A stretch of DNA of 60,766 nucleotides, counting the filler, from Catajapyx aquilonaris (taxonomy: Eukaryota), in NCBI GenBank assembly GCA_000934665.2. It is 3 parts of 3 records of this genome, joined end to end, with 100 filler letters (N's around TTAATTAATTAA, not from the genome) between each part and the next. Parts side by side here need not be neighbours in the genome. Positions count along the whole stretch, not along the records: positions 1 to 20,178 come from JYFJ02006319.1; positions 20,279 to 40,451 come from JYFJ02006320.1; 1 more part is not named here. The stretch is one strand, 5' to 3'. The notes under the pieces are model-generated. The model was not told where the DNA came from. It ran no database searches and saw only the letters and a list, made by a program, of their open reading frames with translations. Shown in pieces: positions 12,868-26,340 of the stretch; positions within the stretch are counted from its first letter, which is position 1; each line of letters opens with the position of its first letter. Both the position numbers and the translations under genes were made by a program.

Positions 12868-15145
12868 ATGGAGTCTCTTCCGATGGCGTCTGCACCAGCA
12901 GATGAAGAGAGCACCATGAGAGGGCGAACTCCAATCCAGTGCTTCCAGTCTGACCAAGAGACGGACTCAGAGGATGTAAATGAGAGCAAGGAGAGTAGTT
13001 GTGATAATCCACATCCTTCAGTAAGAGTGAAGTGGACCAAGGCAGAAGATGAATTGCTGATGTCCCTTGTGGCCACAGCTTCTGCCGATGGAAAAGCTGT
13101 GAGTTGGACTGAAGTGGCTTCTCACATGCCAAACCGAAGCAAGAGACAGGTGCATGGTAGATGGAGTTATTCTCTCAAGGATACCATCAGGAAGGGTCGA
13201 TTCTCTGCTGATGAAGATAAGAAGCTTCTGAATGCAATTGGTGAGGTGGGACAGGATTTCCCAAGGATCTCCAGAGAAGTGATACCATGGCGCACTTCAG
13301 TACAACTGAGGGATAGGTACAACACGGCTTATCTACGACCTGGGAACAAGGTTGGCTCATGGTCTCGGTAAGTGGTTTTTCATTAGGTGTATGTAGTTAT
13401 ATAGACCCAAGCATGGATACAATATAATTATATGAGAGGTGACGCATAGACTATCTAACCTCCTGATATGGTGTCCAAATTGATATACATTGCTGAGGAC
13501 AGACAGGCAGACACGACAGTACTGAATAATAATAATAAGCTTGCTCACAAGATATTCTCACAATCTGGATATCGTATGATATCTAGGCAGATTTTATACT
13601 TGTTATGCTGTTTGTAAGATGAGAATTGTTCAACATTTACGAAATTTACAGTGAGGAAGATGTGAAGCTGTATAAAACAGTACAAGAGTGTGGAGATAGG
13701 AACTGGAGCCAGGTTGTAAAGCAACTGCCTGGTCGAACTAGAGCAACTTGCAGGTTCCGATACAAGAAAATAATAAAGGAACTTGAGGCTCATCCTGGAA
13801 AAACTGTGAGTATAGTCTACTATATATTCGATGCAAACTGAATTTCTGAAATTTGAAACATTCCAAGTTAAACTTTTTTCAAAAATGTTAGCTCATTATT
13901 GCCAACCCAGAATAATTTAAACTTGGACTTCAGATGTCAGTTTTATCCCAAACTTCAAGACATTGTTTAAAAAATGTTCTGCCCAAGAAAGAAACACAGT
14001 CCTTTTTGTTTTAGTTGCAATTTCCACACCAAAATTTTGTATGCCAGGTAATATTTAAAAATTAAGTCACATTTTTCTTAATTACATTTTGCAATCTTTG
14101 AGCCAGAAATTGTGCTGGACACAATATTATTCTGTTGATTTATAGCACATGCAAGTGAAACAGGCTTGTCCCTATTTGTAAAGTAGATAAACATGAAACT
14201 TCCCCATCTTTCTGATATTCAAGTTATGATTACTGATTGATTGACCACAATAATTGACTTTTATATTTGGAAATTTTATCTGTGACCAGGTTGAGGATGT
14301 ACCGATAAAACGGTACCGCAAAACCAAAAGAATAAACCAGGCCACATCAGGAGATACTCATGATACAGACCATGTGGAAAACAATGCTAAGGATAACAAG
14401 AGTGATGAGCATATTAGTAATGCTTCAGTGACCAGAGTCCAGAAGAAAAATGCATTTTCAAAGGAGATTCTAGTGAAAATGGTGAGTACTACAGGGAGTG
14501 GGCAATGTTTGGACCTTTTTTCCCTTTTCTACTTCTGACACAATATTGTGCTTAACCATATTATTGATATTAATATGAGCCATTGGGATCCATCAGGAAT
14601 CCAATGCAGCTGAGGCAATGAAGCCTCAACGTGGAAGGAAGAAGATATGTCAAAAGGAGGACCCTCAACAGTTGAAGGACTGGTCGAGTGAACAATTCAG
14701 TCAGGGTCTTCAGGAGTCGCGGACAACCATCTCACCAAACAAGGAGATGACGAGGTAGTTATAAAATGAAAAATATTTTCCATGTTTTGACATTGCCTGT
14801 ATTAATGGAGTAATTAATTATTAACCAGGAATTTTTAAATCACAAGTAATGGGCGAGACTGTCATTGTATGGGGAAAATTAATAGTGTAACTTTTGCTTG
14901 AAAATTATTAATACTCAAATCCTGAATATTTCATATTTAGCAATATCCTTTACATTATTGATTGTAATTTATGTTTCAGTGACATCCCCGAGGTAGTAGA
15001 ACAGCCAAAGGGAATAAGAGTCAGCACCAGGAACGGAGGCCATGTTTCATCATCACCAGTGAAGGGAGCAGCATCAGCTAAAAGGAGGAGGATAATACCG
15101 CGGCTAGCAAAGTCATCTCTTGAACATGAAACTATGGGTGATTAA
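12868..15145 (+). CDS. Three-repeat Myb/SANT DNA-binding protein, SNAPC4-like (~389 aa); exons 12868-13367, 13652-13805, 14290-14481, 14597-14754, 14980-15145
   Basis: KWTKAEDELL...WTEVA...RW; KGRFSADED...QLRDRY; WSREEDVKL...WSQV...CRFRY. GT-AG junctions in consistent phase total 1170 nt. Basic KRRR near the C-terminus. Confidence 0.85.
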
Positions 15146-16344
15146 AAGGAAATAAGGAAGGGTGATGCAGGTAGTGCTACGTAGATCATGATGTGAAACA
15201 GAGCGTGGCTGGCCTATTATATATTTAGGAAGACTGCTGGTGCTGTGTGCCTGTTTTTTTTTTTTTTTTTTTTTTTNTGTCTGATTAAAGTTCAAATACT
15301 AAACTGTTGGGAAGTAACCGCTTGTCAGAAGACCTCTATAGTAGGGCTTTAGATCATTTCCTGTAGTTCACATAATAATTATGTGCTTTTGCCATTTTAT
15401 GTTTCTTTTCATAATACACAATTCTGGATTTGATTGTTTCTACTATAGTTGTACAGCATGGCTTTCGTAGTACTTTTAAGGATATTTAATGGTAGACTTG
15501 ATTTCATATTTAAAGAAATTAACACCCACATTATATAACCAGCAGTGTTGTAGTGTGTTTATCATTAACGTGCAATTGCAAAATGCAACTTATTGTATCG
15601 CCTTGCAAATTGAATAAAGAGATGAAAATTTCATAGAGTAATTTCTTATTGTCTTGTAAATGTCGTGAGGGTCAAGTTCAGCAACTCCTGCAAATAAAGG
15701 GATCGATGAATCTGTGGATCTTCTGCAGTGACTGTATAGCCTACTATATTGTATAAGCAAATTATTTTCATAGCCTTTGTAAAGACCACAAGTGTATCCA
15801 GTGTTTGTGAATAAATTATTATAATATTAAAATCCTATTCATGGTGTTTGTGATTAAGCGCCTTCTGATTGGTCCGCCCCATATTGTTATTACCCCAACG
15901 CTATTTCGATTGGACCCCGCACAACTAAAATACAAGTAATCACTAAATAGTGCATCTCTCATTGACACTATTTACTCATATTGTAATCTGCAGAGGGGGA
16001 GGTTCATCCAGAAGCGATTAACAATAAATACCGGGTAGCTTCCACCCCAGGCCGCAGGCCTAGAAATAAAGCGAGCGAAGCTAGTGGCTTTCTATACCTG
16101 CGCCTAGTAATGTTTTTTTTTTTAAAAAAAAACATTGCATAAAATTTTTATGCAAATTTAAGACCCGTCACGTGTTGTTAACCTTGCATGGCTCTAGAGA
16201 TCTAGACATGACTGTACATACTCCAGAACCAGGAAGAAAAATGGCCGACTGACTTTTGCATCGCAGACCTTTTCCCTTCCGAACCTTTGCCAAAATCCCA
16301 CCTGGATTGAAGGATACTGCGGACATGTACTTTGGTTAGAGTAA

Positions 16345-16479
16345 ACAGTTGAATCCGGATGTAACAGACTGGAGAGCAGAAGGAAAAAAAAAAAATGTTG
16401 TAACCGAGGTCTGTTATAACCAAGTCGACACGTGTGAGTCTGTTATAGCCAAGGTTGTTATGTCCAGATTCAACTTTTG
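16345..16479. mobile_element. Small Tc1/pogo-type MITE (CAGTTGAATCCGG TIR)
   Basis: cagttgaatccggatgtaac ... gttatgtccagattcaactt; the same terminus recurs at ~57467-57488 and ~59155-59177. Confidence 0.55.
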
Positions 16480-16530
16480 AGGCCGAGGCAAGCCGATAGT
16501 GATGTTTCAACTGCAGGTTACTTTTTAGCG

Positions 16531-18666
16531 ATGGATACTGAAACTCCAGCAACTCCCAGCAGTCCTTCACCGGCAAAGGAAACTACAAAATCAAGGGATT
16601 CTCCAAAGCAACGGTCGAAGCCAGTCGCTCTCGGCGAAGTTGAAAAGAGGAAAGAAGCGACTGAACCCTCAGCAGAAACATACCGGCATGTCAAATAGAT
16701 ATGATATGTAGTAACAGTTGCGTAGCATTTGAGGATGAATCTTGCAGTAATTATATGTCTATTGTGTTACAGGAATGACAGTGATGCACATGAGTTGGAA
16801 AGTGATGATTCAGCAATGTTGCATTCACCTCTGGTAGAAGTAGATGATGAGCCAGGCAATGATGAAGTACAAGTTGTGTATGAAGCGAAACGAGTGTCAG
16901 ACGTGAGCAATGCGGATGGATTGCCTTGGGTGTGCAGGAAATGTAAACAGGGTTTCACCACAAGTTCAGACCTCAAGAGTCACGTGTCCATAACCCACAA
17001 TGTGATTGTGTTTCCATGTGAGGAATGCAAGAAGCAGTTTCAGAGCAACCAGACGTTACGGACTCACAAGAAGTTCTGCGGGAAGGGTCAGGGAATTGCG
17101 GCGCCAAAGGCTAAACGAAGCAAGCAGTTAGTTGATTCAAATCATGCAGATGCTGCAAAGAAAGTTCAGGTTGCGAGTACCAATGGGACTCATCAAATTG
17201 GCCAGCGTGCTAAGATAGCTGGAGAAACACACCGAGATGTACCTTCAGATAAGATCAAATTCAGCGTAGAGGCGAAGAATTCGGTCAACATCAAAGCTGA
17301 CCAGAAGAAAATTGTACCTTCCTGTCCGAAGCCAGCACCAATTTTCCAGTGTGAAATGTGTGGAAAACAACTCCAGTTCAGTTCAAGCTTAAAGAACCAT
17401 GTACAACGTGCTTGCCCAATGCTGGACTCTGTGGCCAAAATGAATTCTAAGCACAAATGCGAAACATGCGGTGAAGGCTTCAGAACCAAGAAGAAACTGG
17501 CTGATCATTCCTTATTGGTGCACTACAAGTTGTTCAAGTGCCAGATATGTGAGAAAAGGTATTTTTATAAGATCTTATTCATGCGGCATCTTCAGACTCA
17601 CCTGGATCAATAGACACAATGCGGAAGAGATAGTGGCGTGTGAAACATGCGGTAAGGCATTCCAGAGTGATAAGTTGCTGCAGAAGCATCGTGCAGTGCA
17701 CAACTACAAGCCGTACTCATGCGAGACATGTGGGAAGAAATACGAAATCGCCAAGGCATTTGAGGCACATTGCGCATCACACAAGGAGCAGTACTTGTGT
17801 GACACCTGCGGGAAGATATGCCGCAATAAGGCTGCACTGCAGATGCAACACCGCATTTGCCACAAGAATGAACGGCCTCATGTGTGATATATGCGGCAAG
17901 TCATTCGTTGTAAGACGTAATCTCGTGATCCATCGCAAGAGGCATGTAGGAGATAAGCGTCACTTGTGTTTAGTGTGTGACAAGGCGTTTTACACAAGGA
18001 ATGTGCTGAAGACCCACCAGATGCTGCACACTGGGGAGAGACCATGGAAGTGCGAGACGTGTGGGAAGGGGTTTAGAGTCCGGCAATCTCTGACCATCCA
18101 TGTGAAAACACACATGCAGAAGTCACACCAATGTGGCATTTGCGGGGACGGTTTGCCACAAAGGAAATGCTGGACTCGCATCAGAGAGTTCACGATAAGA
18201 TCAAGAAGACTCCAGAGCCTTTTACATGCAAGTGTGGGAGAGGTTTCCATAAAGAGAGTAGCCTGAAGCGCCATCAGTCTCATCACCTGAAAGGCGGCAG
18301 ACCTGTAAAATCCACCACATCGATTAAACAGCGTCGCACCAAGAGGACATATGATTTCGTCAGGTGCGGTGAGACACTTACCACTCAGTAGCCTACTGTC
18401 TTAGGATGCATGAACGGACTCATACAGGTGAAAAACCTTTTGCTTTCAGCGCTTGCGGAAAAGCCTTCAACAACCCGCAGTCGTTGAAATTCCATGTAAT
18501 GATACATACTGGAGAGAAGCCATTCAAATGCTGCTTGTGGTCGCAGGGATTCCGCAACCGCCCATCCCGGGCTCTTCATCGCATCTTGTGCAAAGAGAAA
18601 CGTGATGAAGGCCTTACCAGTGATATGTCCACATATGATGGTCCAAAGAAGGAAAGCAGTTCATGA
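16531..18666 (+). pseudogene. Multi-C2H2 zinc-finger gene with frameshifts and stops in its 3' half
   Basis: More than 12 CxxC..HxxxH units and HTGEKP linkers spread over ORFs 16729-17613, 17471-17887, 17640-18266, 18131-18391, 18406-18666. Frame changes near 17610, 17880, 18145; stop at ~18390; late fingers have lost Cys. Confidence 0.8.
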
Positions 18667-19379
18667 ATAATGTGGAGTGACGTCAGGTGAAGTAACGTTC
18701 ATGCAAAGGAAATCCCTCTTCTCTTCAGTGTGGAAGTAAAGATGTCTGGAGAGTAGACGTACTGTAGCATTACAGATGGGCTTCGTGATCCATTGTTTAT
18801 GCCCCCTGAATATTGTTGAGCATGTTGGCAAAAACCCATGCAAAACGTAATAACATGTACTACATGTTGTATGCTAAATAAAACTGGTGTGTCTGACAGT
18901 ATTGTGCGATTATTAATTTCAAAATGTTTGCAGCAATATCCTGAAAGGGAGAGACGTTGTCAGCATATTTCAAGGAATAAACCAATGTCCTCTTTATTTT
19001 TCCTAGTCTGACTCTCTTTTTTTATCTACAATATTTACAATGTTTATTTTTTATAGTAGTTATTTTTACAGTACTGGTATTTCTTTTAATTTACAGCATT
19101 TAATTTACCTTGCAGTATTTACAGGATTTAATTTGCCTTACAGAATACACAGAATTTATTTTTATTATCATTACACAATTTACTCTTTACAGTATATGTA
19201 TTTATTTTTTAGAATAATTGTATTTTTTACAGTGAATTATATATTTTTTAGAATAACTATCTTTGTACAGTAAATGTATTTATTTTTACAGTATTAAATT
19301 TACATTACAGAATGTACGGTGTACTTTTATGGTCGCGTTGTTGCATAATTTACTTTTTTTTACAGTATGTGCAGTGTAC

Positions 19380-19572
19380 CGAAGCAGGTTGGCATAGTGG
19401 ATAGGGCGTCTGCCTGCTAATCGGGAGGTCCTGGGTTCGAATCCCGGGGCCGGCAAACCTGACTGTGGTTTTCTGTGGTTTTCCACGGTCTTTCTAGGAT
19501 AATTCCGGGGTTGCTTCTGTATAATAGGCCACAGCCGCTTCCTTCCTTCCCTATCCTTGGAGGTTGAAAGGC
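19380..19572 (+). mobile_element. tRNA-derived SINE
   Basis: A box TGGCATAGTGG, B box GGTTCGAATCC, followed by a non-tRNA body (gtggttttcc...aggccacagccgcttccttcc). Confidence 0.75.
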
Positions 19573-20178
19573 AATGCTGGGCCAACCTCCTTAATATCAA
19601 ATGTGCAGTGTCCATTTTATGGTATTTACATAATTTATTTGCAGCAGATGCTGTAAAAGTAAATAACATCGTTAAAAGCTGAAAACCAAACTGTAGCATT
19701 TTCTGAGGAAGTTCACGAGATATAATAATAAACATGTTAAAATTCATTAATATATATTTTTTTGTAATTAATTTTAATTCAGTCCTCGGGTTTATTGTGT
19801 TGGCCCTCATGACTCAGGTTCTCTATTAAAATTACTAACTAACAAACAGATGAATGTATATAGCGGCAGGAAATTTTACCAGGCCCCACTAAAATTTCAT
19901 TGTCCAAGCTTATGCTGCTGGACAATGAAATTTTTGAAGTTTATTTTATTTCAGTTGTTAAACGACAAATAAACTGCATTTTTGGCTTCCTCGTCCTAAC
20001 TCCATTGTTGCAATTCATAATTATTCGTTCTAATGTCCAGATATAATCTTAATTAATATTTTTGAATCACATATTGTTTATTACCCGACCAGCACTCCAC
20101 TTTTTTGAGGGGAGGGTTATTATTACCTATATCCTAGCTACCTTCTTGGGGAAGGGCAAGTACAATCTCATTTATCTT

Positions 20179-20278
20179 NNNNNNNNNNNNNNNNNNNNNN
20201 NNNNNNNNNNNNNNNNNNNNNNTTAATTAATTAANNNNNNNNNNNNNNNNNNNNNNNNNNNNNNNNNNNNNNNNNNNN
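20179..20278. other. Artificial contig spacer
   Basis: 44 N + TTAATTAATTAA (stops in all six frames) + 44 N. Confidence 0.97.
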
Positions 20279-20839
20279 GGCAACAAAATTTCACAAAATA
20301 ATATTGTTGCTCTAAAAATAAATAAAGGCCTACCACGTACATATGATATTGCGAGAAAGCCTGATTCAAGAACTCACCCAGTCCAGTTTTCCTATCTACT
20401 TGAATGGGATCATTTTTCAACAAGCCAAATAAGAGGGTACATCATGAGAGATCAAGGGCCCGAACCAGTAAAACAAACAAGGCGTACCATGAGAAATGCC
20501 ACCTTCGGTACCTCGCCTGTGGTGACAAGGTGTTGGGGAGAGGTTGGGTTATGTTATTTAAGTTTGGTTAGGTAGAAGCAAATGCCAAAAGAGACTGCTC
20601 CAAGAGGCACGGCACTGAAAGCAAAAGGATCTGTCATACAGCAGATTGCAGTGGTTGTTCCAGTTTGCTCCATGGTGCTGTGGATCTGAAAACTGGAACT
20701 GAATGGGATTTAACGATTTGGTATCCACATCCGGGTATGCGGTACTCCACATATGGGGATAGGTGACTCGCTAAGCGCACGGCCTTCCCCACATGGCTAT
20801 ATAGGGAGTTGCGGGGGGGCTGGTCTGCCATGTTTCTCT

Positions 20840-21400
20840 TACTGGTGAACATGATTATCTCATTATGGAGGCGAGATCTTGCCTTCTTCCCAGGCTTGCT
20901 GCCTCCATCCTTCATCTTCATGAAGTACCAGGCCACAAACTGAAGGAGGTTTTTCCCTGGGTTGGGATATTCCAACCACAGGACGTATGTTACACAAAAC
21001 AGTAGAACCACTGCCTCCGTGATGTCCGCAGCTTCTGCCACCACCTGCCCCTCAGCCACCTCTATATCATATGTCGATTCCAGTATGTTATCACCATTCC
21101 TGATGACTGCTGGGTATGACTCTCTCTGATGAAGGAAAACAATGAAGAGCACTTATGAGTTTAATATTACCTTGTTACTAAACTTACTCTGCTGTCCTGC
21201 CTCAGGAAGAGCTTTTCTGGAGGCTCCCCAAGCCTACATGCCAGTATGACTAGTGCAGCATTGACTTCCAATCCTGCCATTTCAGGGTCACTGCCACATC
21301 TAGGCTTGACAGCCTCCAAACTCTCCAAAACACTTGAAATCGACTTGGTCTTCCTAGACCCCAAGAGCTTTGGTACAAGTGGCTGGAGAGCTCCCTAGAA
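20840..21400 (-). mobile_element. SAMD3-like accessory ORF fragment of the kind carried by CACTA/EnSpm-type transposons
   Basis: EGQVV..DITEAVVLLFCVTYVLWLEYP...LLQFV motif in two exon-like pieces. Confidence 0.5.
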
Positions 21401-21919
21401 CATCTTGTCCACATCCCCATAATCATCATAGATTGGTATATACAACCAACTCAACGCTGTGTGCGAAAACGTGGGGCGTGGAGTCACTTCAGTTGACGTG
21501 AAAAATACGCATATACACGGATAATAGGCGAATGCGATTATTACAGCTACACCGGTATTTATATACCGGTATCTGAAGTTTACGGCTATGATGCTATTTA
21601 CTATTTGCTCCCAAAGATGGGATGCACTACTTCTGCATACACTTTTGAACTGAAGTATGCTGCCGTGGGGCCTATGCCAAAACTAAAATTATCATGAGCT
21701 CCGCATTCTTACCAGTTACACAAATTTCATTGCTCTAATATGTTTGTGCACTCCTAAATTACTGCTATGCCAATTTATTAAGTCACTATAGTGCACAACC
21801 TTAGTCCACATGCCCATCATTTATTCACCAGTTAATGCAACATACACAATAGCCTTACAAAAATAACGCACTGCAAAAGTTGTGACCTTATTATACCTCG
21901 GTATAATCACAGTCTGCAG

Positions 21920-22800
21920 TCAATTGAAATTATTTCCCACAACTCTTGAATATAATAAATCAAATACCACACCAGACAGAGCGTTGTAATTGGTCCTGTA
22001 TGAGCGTTTTGACCAACACCCATCGCAAACAACTGTTACAAGAGGGACTCCATCTACGTCTACTTCTCCTCTTTCCGTAGCAATAGTTGCTTCCATTTTT
22101 GCGGCCTCCTCCATCTACAGTGCCGTCTTCTTCCACCCATCGCATACAATATTGTGGTGCTTGGTGTAGGTCTTATTGGCCAGCGGTGGTACATTCAAAG
22201 CAGCGGAAAATTCCTCTAACTGCGACTGCCCGCCCCCAATACTTATAATGCCTGCCACTGCTGCAGTCGTCACGTCCATTGAAGTTACATCATTTCTGCA
22301 GGTGGAGAGTCGCTGTTGTACGTTGCACATATTGCAAGTTGCTGTGAGAACACTCGCGTACCCTTTCCTCACTTCACTGGTCAAATCCATATCCTTCAAG
22401 GAACACTCGAAAGGACCTGGATGGTGGTCCATACTCTTCAACTGTTCAAAGAAGAAGTCTATGTCCACAATACGCCTTCCTTCTACCTTGAAGGGTTCCT
22501 TCCTGACTGCTTTCTGTGGTGTTTCACCAACAGCGGTTTCCCCAGGAACAGAACTCTCTGCCATACATGCTTCATAAACTTCACTGGCGATGCTTCGAGA
22601 GATGACTTGAAGACTGTCATTGTCATCAAGTGAGGCACATGAATTCGGAATGGTATCCGATAAATCTGCAGCAATTTCACCAGGAAACGGAATTTCTTCC
22701 AAGTGACTGTTTTCCGAGTTAGATCTTGTCTCGTCAGAATCCCGGATACTGAGAGAGGTGGATGCTATTTCCCGGGACGACTGCTGTGCCACCGAGCTAG
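21920..22800 (-). mobile_element. Kolobok-type (Mutator-like domain) transposase fragment with in-frame stop
   Basis: GRRIVDI.FF.QL, CNMC, V..DGCWSKRSY...YNALSG; TAG at 22115-22117. Confidence 0.7.
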
Positions 22801-24449
22801 AATGTCAGTGACGACACATGAGTTTTATGAATAACCTATTTCCACGACTATGTAGATGTCCGGGAAAATATTCAGAATTGTAAATATTGTACAACAAAAA
22901 GCTCGTACCTTTCCTTTTGCTGCACCCGCCAACTGGCTAGGTTCTCACCCCTTTTCTTCCTCCGAGGTGCAGAAAGTTTCAGACGCGCCTTGGTACCGTT
23001 CCGCCACGTACGACCCATGGTAGCCGACTGCAGTGGTAAATGGCTGGCCCTCTCTGTCTCCAGACCTCACATTGTCCGGATTTTTTTTGTTTTGTTTTTT
23101 TATTGGCCGGATTACCTCCGTTCAATGATCTCTCTTCCAGTACTTGTTTGGGCTGGTGGTAAAACCCGCAGGCAAGGACGCTCAGACGAGAAAATACGCA
23201 CCACGGTGGTTCCATATTGGCTCCAAATAATTAGAGAAACGCACAGAGAAGATTTGGTTAAATGGAATGTACCGTTACAATCAGGAAACAAACCCTTCCC
23301 TCAAAAGGGGAAACCTTGCCGATCATAGCAATAACAACCAAACCAATACACTGCGTTGGATGTAGGCGAGTACGCCAAGACACAACCTTCTCCGCCAGAC
23401 ACTCGTGTCACTCTCTTTCTTTACACACACAAGCAGTATCGAAGTAAACACGGCTACAAAAAAAGAAAGATAACCCAAAAAATATAATCCACAATGTCCG
23501 TTGCATGTTCAAACGGGGCAATCAACTGGGAACATGTTACAGTGCCACAACATTATGCGGTTGTGGAATCCACAGACCTTTCCATTGACGCCAAGCAAAC
23601 ACAAGGAGCTGAATAGGTGACAACGGAAAGGGCCCTCGTTTCTCCCCCAACGGTGATATCGGTTAGCTGTTGTTATTATTATTGACTGTCCTGAATACAA
23701 TTACTTTGAGCCACACTAAATTCGCACATCATCCTGTATAAAACCTGGTCATTATAATATTGCCTGCTGTAAGCGGCCGAGTCTGAAGCTAATACAACAT
23801 CTCATAAATATACAATTCACGCTTGTTATGCTGGGAACAGTGTGTGTTATAATTATCTTCGCTTTCCCAATGTTCTGGGCTGAACTGAAGAAGGGCATCA
23901 AATATCTTCGTGCCGCGGTTGTGCTGCAGAAGTACTAACGTGTAAGTTATATAACGACTAGTTGAATTTGGTCCCGTCATTGTTCACACTCAGCAAAGGC
24001 GAGTAAGGCCGACTGGAACTGATTATAACCAGGAAAATAATATTGTTCTTTTTTGCTGCCACTCGTCGTTCTAGTACATGAAGTGTAGGAAAGAAGGACT
24101 GCAACAATACGTACTCGATTAAGCCTGGGAAGAGGGCTTAAAGCCTCGAATCTTTCTCTTCTTCCTCGGGATAGAATGCTTTTCAGCTGCCTGTTTCGCC
24201 CGTACTATGTGCGCTCCTTCGCGAATGTCGTCGATGCTCAGGCGTAGGCCATAGCGTGGACTGGCTAATTCCGGCAACAGGCATTCCATGTAGAAACTGC
24301 GAATAAGAATTTTTTAAAAAATGTAAGCTGCTCACAAGTTCTATGAAACCAGCCAACCATTTCATGAGGCATAAGGCATATTCACTTACGTTCTCAGCTT
24401 CTCCACCTGTCCTTTCCACCAGCTGTCATCTCGGGATATTCTTTCCAGG

Positions 24450-25406
24450 AGCACATGCCATTTCTTTGTATATATATAAAAGGGCTTCCCTGCGACCCGT
24501 CATGTGCAACTGACTCTGGCTTGCCAGAAGTAGTTGTGTTTCTCATTCAGCACCCATTTCCTGCCCTCTCTTCGCACGTAAGGAACCTGGAAGAAAAAAG
24601 TAAGATTCTGTGTAAGGATTGGCTGGCTTCTATAGAGCTTATCCTAATCACTGGCATTTGGCTTTCATCTGTTTTCGTGCTTTATAACTTACGCGTTTGT
24701 CCTGGGCAGCTGCCTTCTGCCCATGGCACTTTTTCCACGGTGGCGTAATCGCCAACGAGGCCATCTGTCAGATGGTTGTTCTTATTAAACATCAGGCCAG
24801 GAGGTGTACGGTAAGTACACAGTAGGAAGAGAATAAAAATTACCTGGACTAGCTGACAGGAATGGGTAGTCGTCGTCTACGAAGAGGCCGCAGGGCTCAA
24901 CATGAAGGCCATACTCCCTCTCCAACGCATCTCTTGCCTCCGGTTCGGTGTCTATCCCGTGCCTCATGTCAGTGGTACAAATGGGCCCATATATTATGTT
25001 GTGGACCATTTTCTTACAACTGGTACCAGGCCGCATATGGCACACCGCACCGTTGCTTGAAGAAGACAGGCGTTTTCGGCGTTCCGTGGCCCAGAGGCTG
25101 GTCCGGAGCTGCCTCTACTCTGCCTTTTGTAGATCCTGAGACTCTTGTGCACTCATCGTCAACGTTGCCAAGTACCGGTCTTTCTTTGCTTCCAGAAGAG
25201 CCTGATCATCGTCTGATATATGCTTTCAAGCCGTAATCAGCATCTGGTCCCGAGGCAACGCGCGTCAATTTCTTGGCAGTTCCGTGGAACTGTAGGCGAC
25301 GTTTCCGAGTCCTCAGCAGGTCTGCTCTTCTTTGGGCGTCGTACTTCTTAGTGAAGTAACCTGCGAATCGGGGGTGGGGGTGAGGCGAGACACTGCTGTG
25401 TTTCAA
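24450..25406 (-). mobile_element. YqaJ/lambda-exonuclease-like domain fragment (Kolobok-type element), frameshifted
   Basis: GPDADYG, WATERRKRLSSS, HGIDTEPEAR, CGLFVDDDYPFLSASP|DG, HNYFWQ. Confidence 0.7.
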
Positions 25407-25489
25407 TGCTACTCCCAGTAGTGTATCTACCTGGGCTGTCTCTATTCCTCATTTTCTTGTGGACGTGGCTCTTGAAGTTCCCTGAGGTG

Positions 25490-26050
25490 TTAAGGGAGAG
25501 GACAGCAGAGGTCAGAAACGCATGCCCTGACTTTGTATCCGACTGATTCTAGCTGCCTAATGCTCTCCATGAGAAGACCCACTGACATTGGCGTGTCAAA
25601 CCCATAAAAAATGGGTTGCTTCCACTTGCAATTGAGTCCGCGGGCCTCAGTAACTTGGACACTGGAATGGGGCCCAAGAATCATATCCCTCTCTTGGTCG
25701 TAACAGACTCTAGCATCTATGCTCATTTCATCGAAAGAAATAACGCACTCTCGTTGGAAGGTGGTGTATCCTTGCGTTCTCATCAAGTCTAGCATTTCTT
25801 AGAAATCCCGGGGGACACTGAAAGTTTTTCGTCAAATTACGGAGCGTGCTTGGTCCAGGCATGAGAATGTTACCTTTCCTTCTCAAATACTTGTAAGTTT
25901 TTTTGCTCAAACATCTGATAGCCAAAGCTTTGAGGACGTCCTCCTTCGCCCACTTGGTTTTTGTAGTATTCCGCACAAGGCACTTTATTTGTGCATTGGT
26001 CCAGACTTTACTTTACGTCACACAGGCTCGTGACGATAACACTTTTTTCC
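25490..26050 (-). mobile_element. P-element/THAP9-like transposase fragment
   Basis: SKKTYKYLR..MPGPSTLR, CVISFDEMSI, RGL..KWKQPIFYGFD, VRACVSD; frameshifted. Confidence 0.8.
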
Positions 26051-26340
26051 CGCGCATCGAGTATTGCGCTTCCTGGCCTTTGGCCTATTCACTGTTCCTT
26101 GAATGTATAGTCCTGAGTAGAATAGTTTGGCCTAAAGGCTTGTTCTTCCGGTATTATTTTATTGAAATTGGGATGGGCAATTAGTCGTTTCGCCAGAATT
26201 TTTGTAATCAGATAATCACTGGTTTGATTGCACCTCCAATGGCTTTGTATGTACAGTAGTTATTCTAACCTCAGAGGTGTAGGAATTTCATTCAGTACAT
26301 AATTGCACACTCCTTTAAAAGAAGCAATGCAGACATGAAA

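Noticed and set aside
19380..19455. tRNA genes here and at 43393 and 60512
   Set aside because: A and B boxes are present, but they run into SINE bodies (one with A-tail and TSD, one in two copies), so they are SINE heads.
19040..19810. ORFs 19040-19273 and 19286-19810
   Set aside because: AT-rich low-complexity sequence and antisense SINE; no coding signal.
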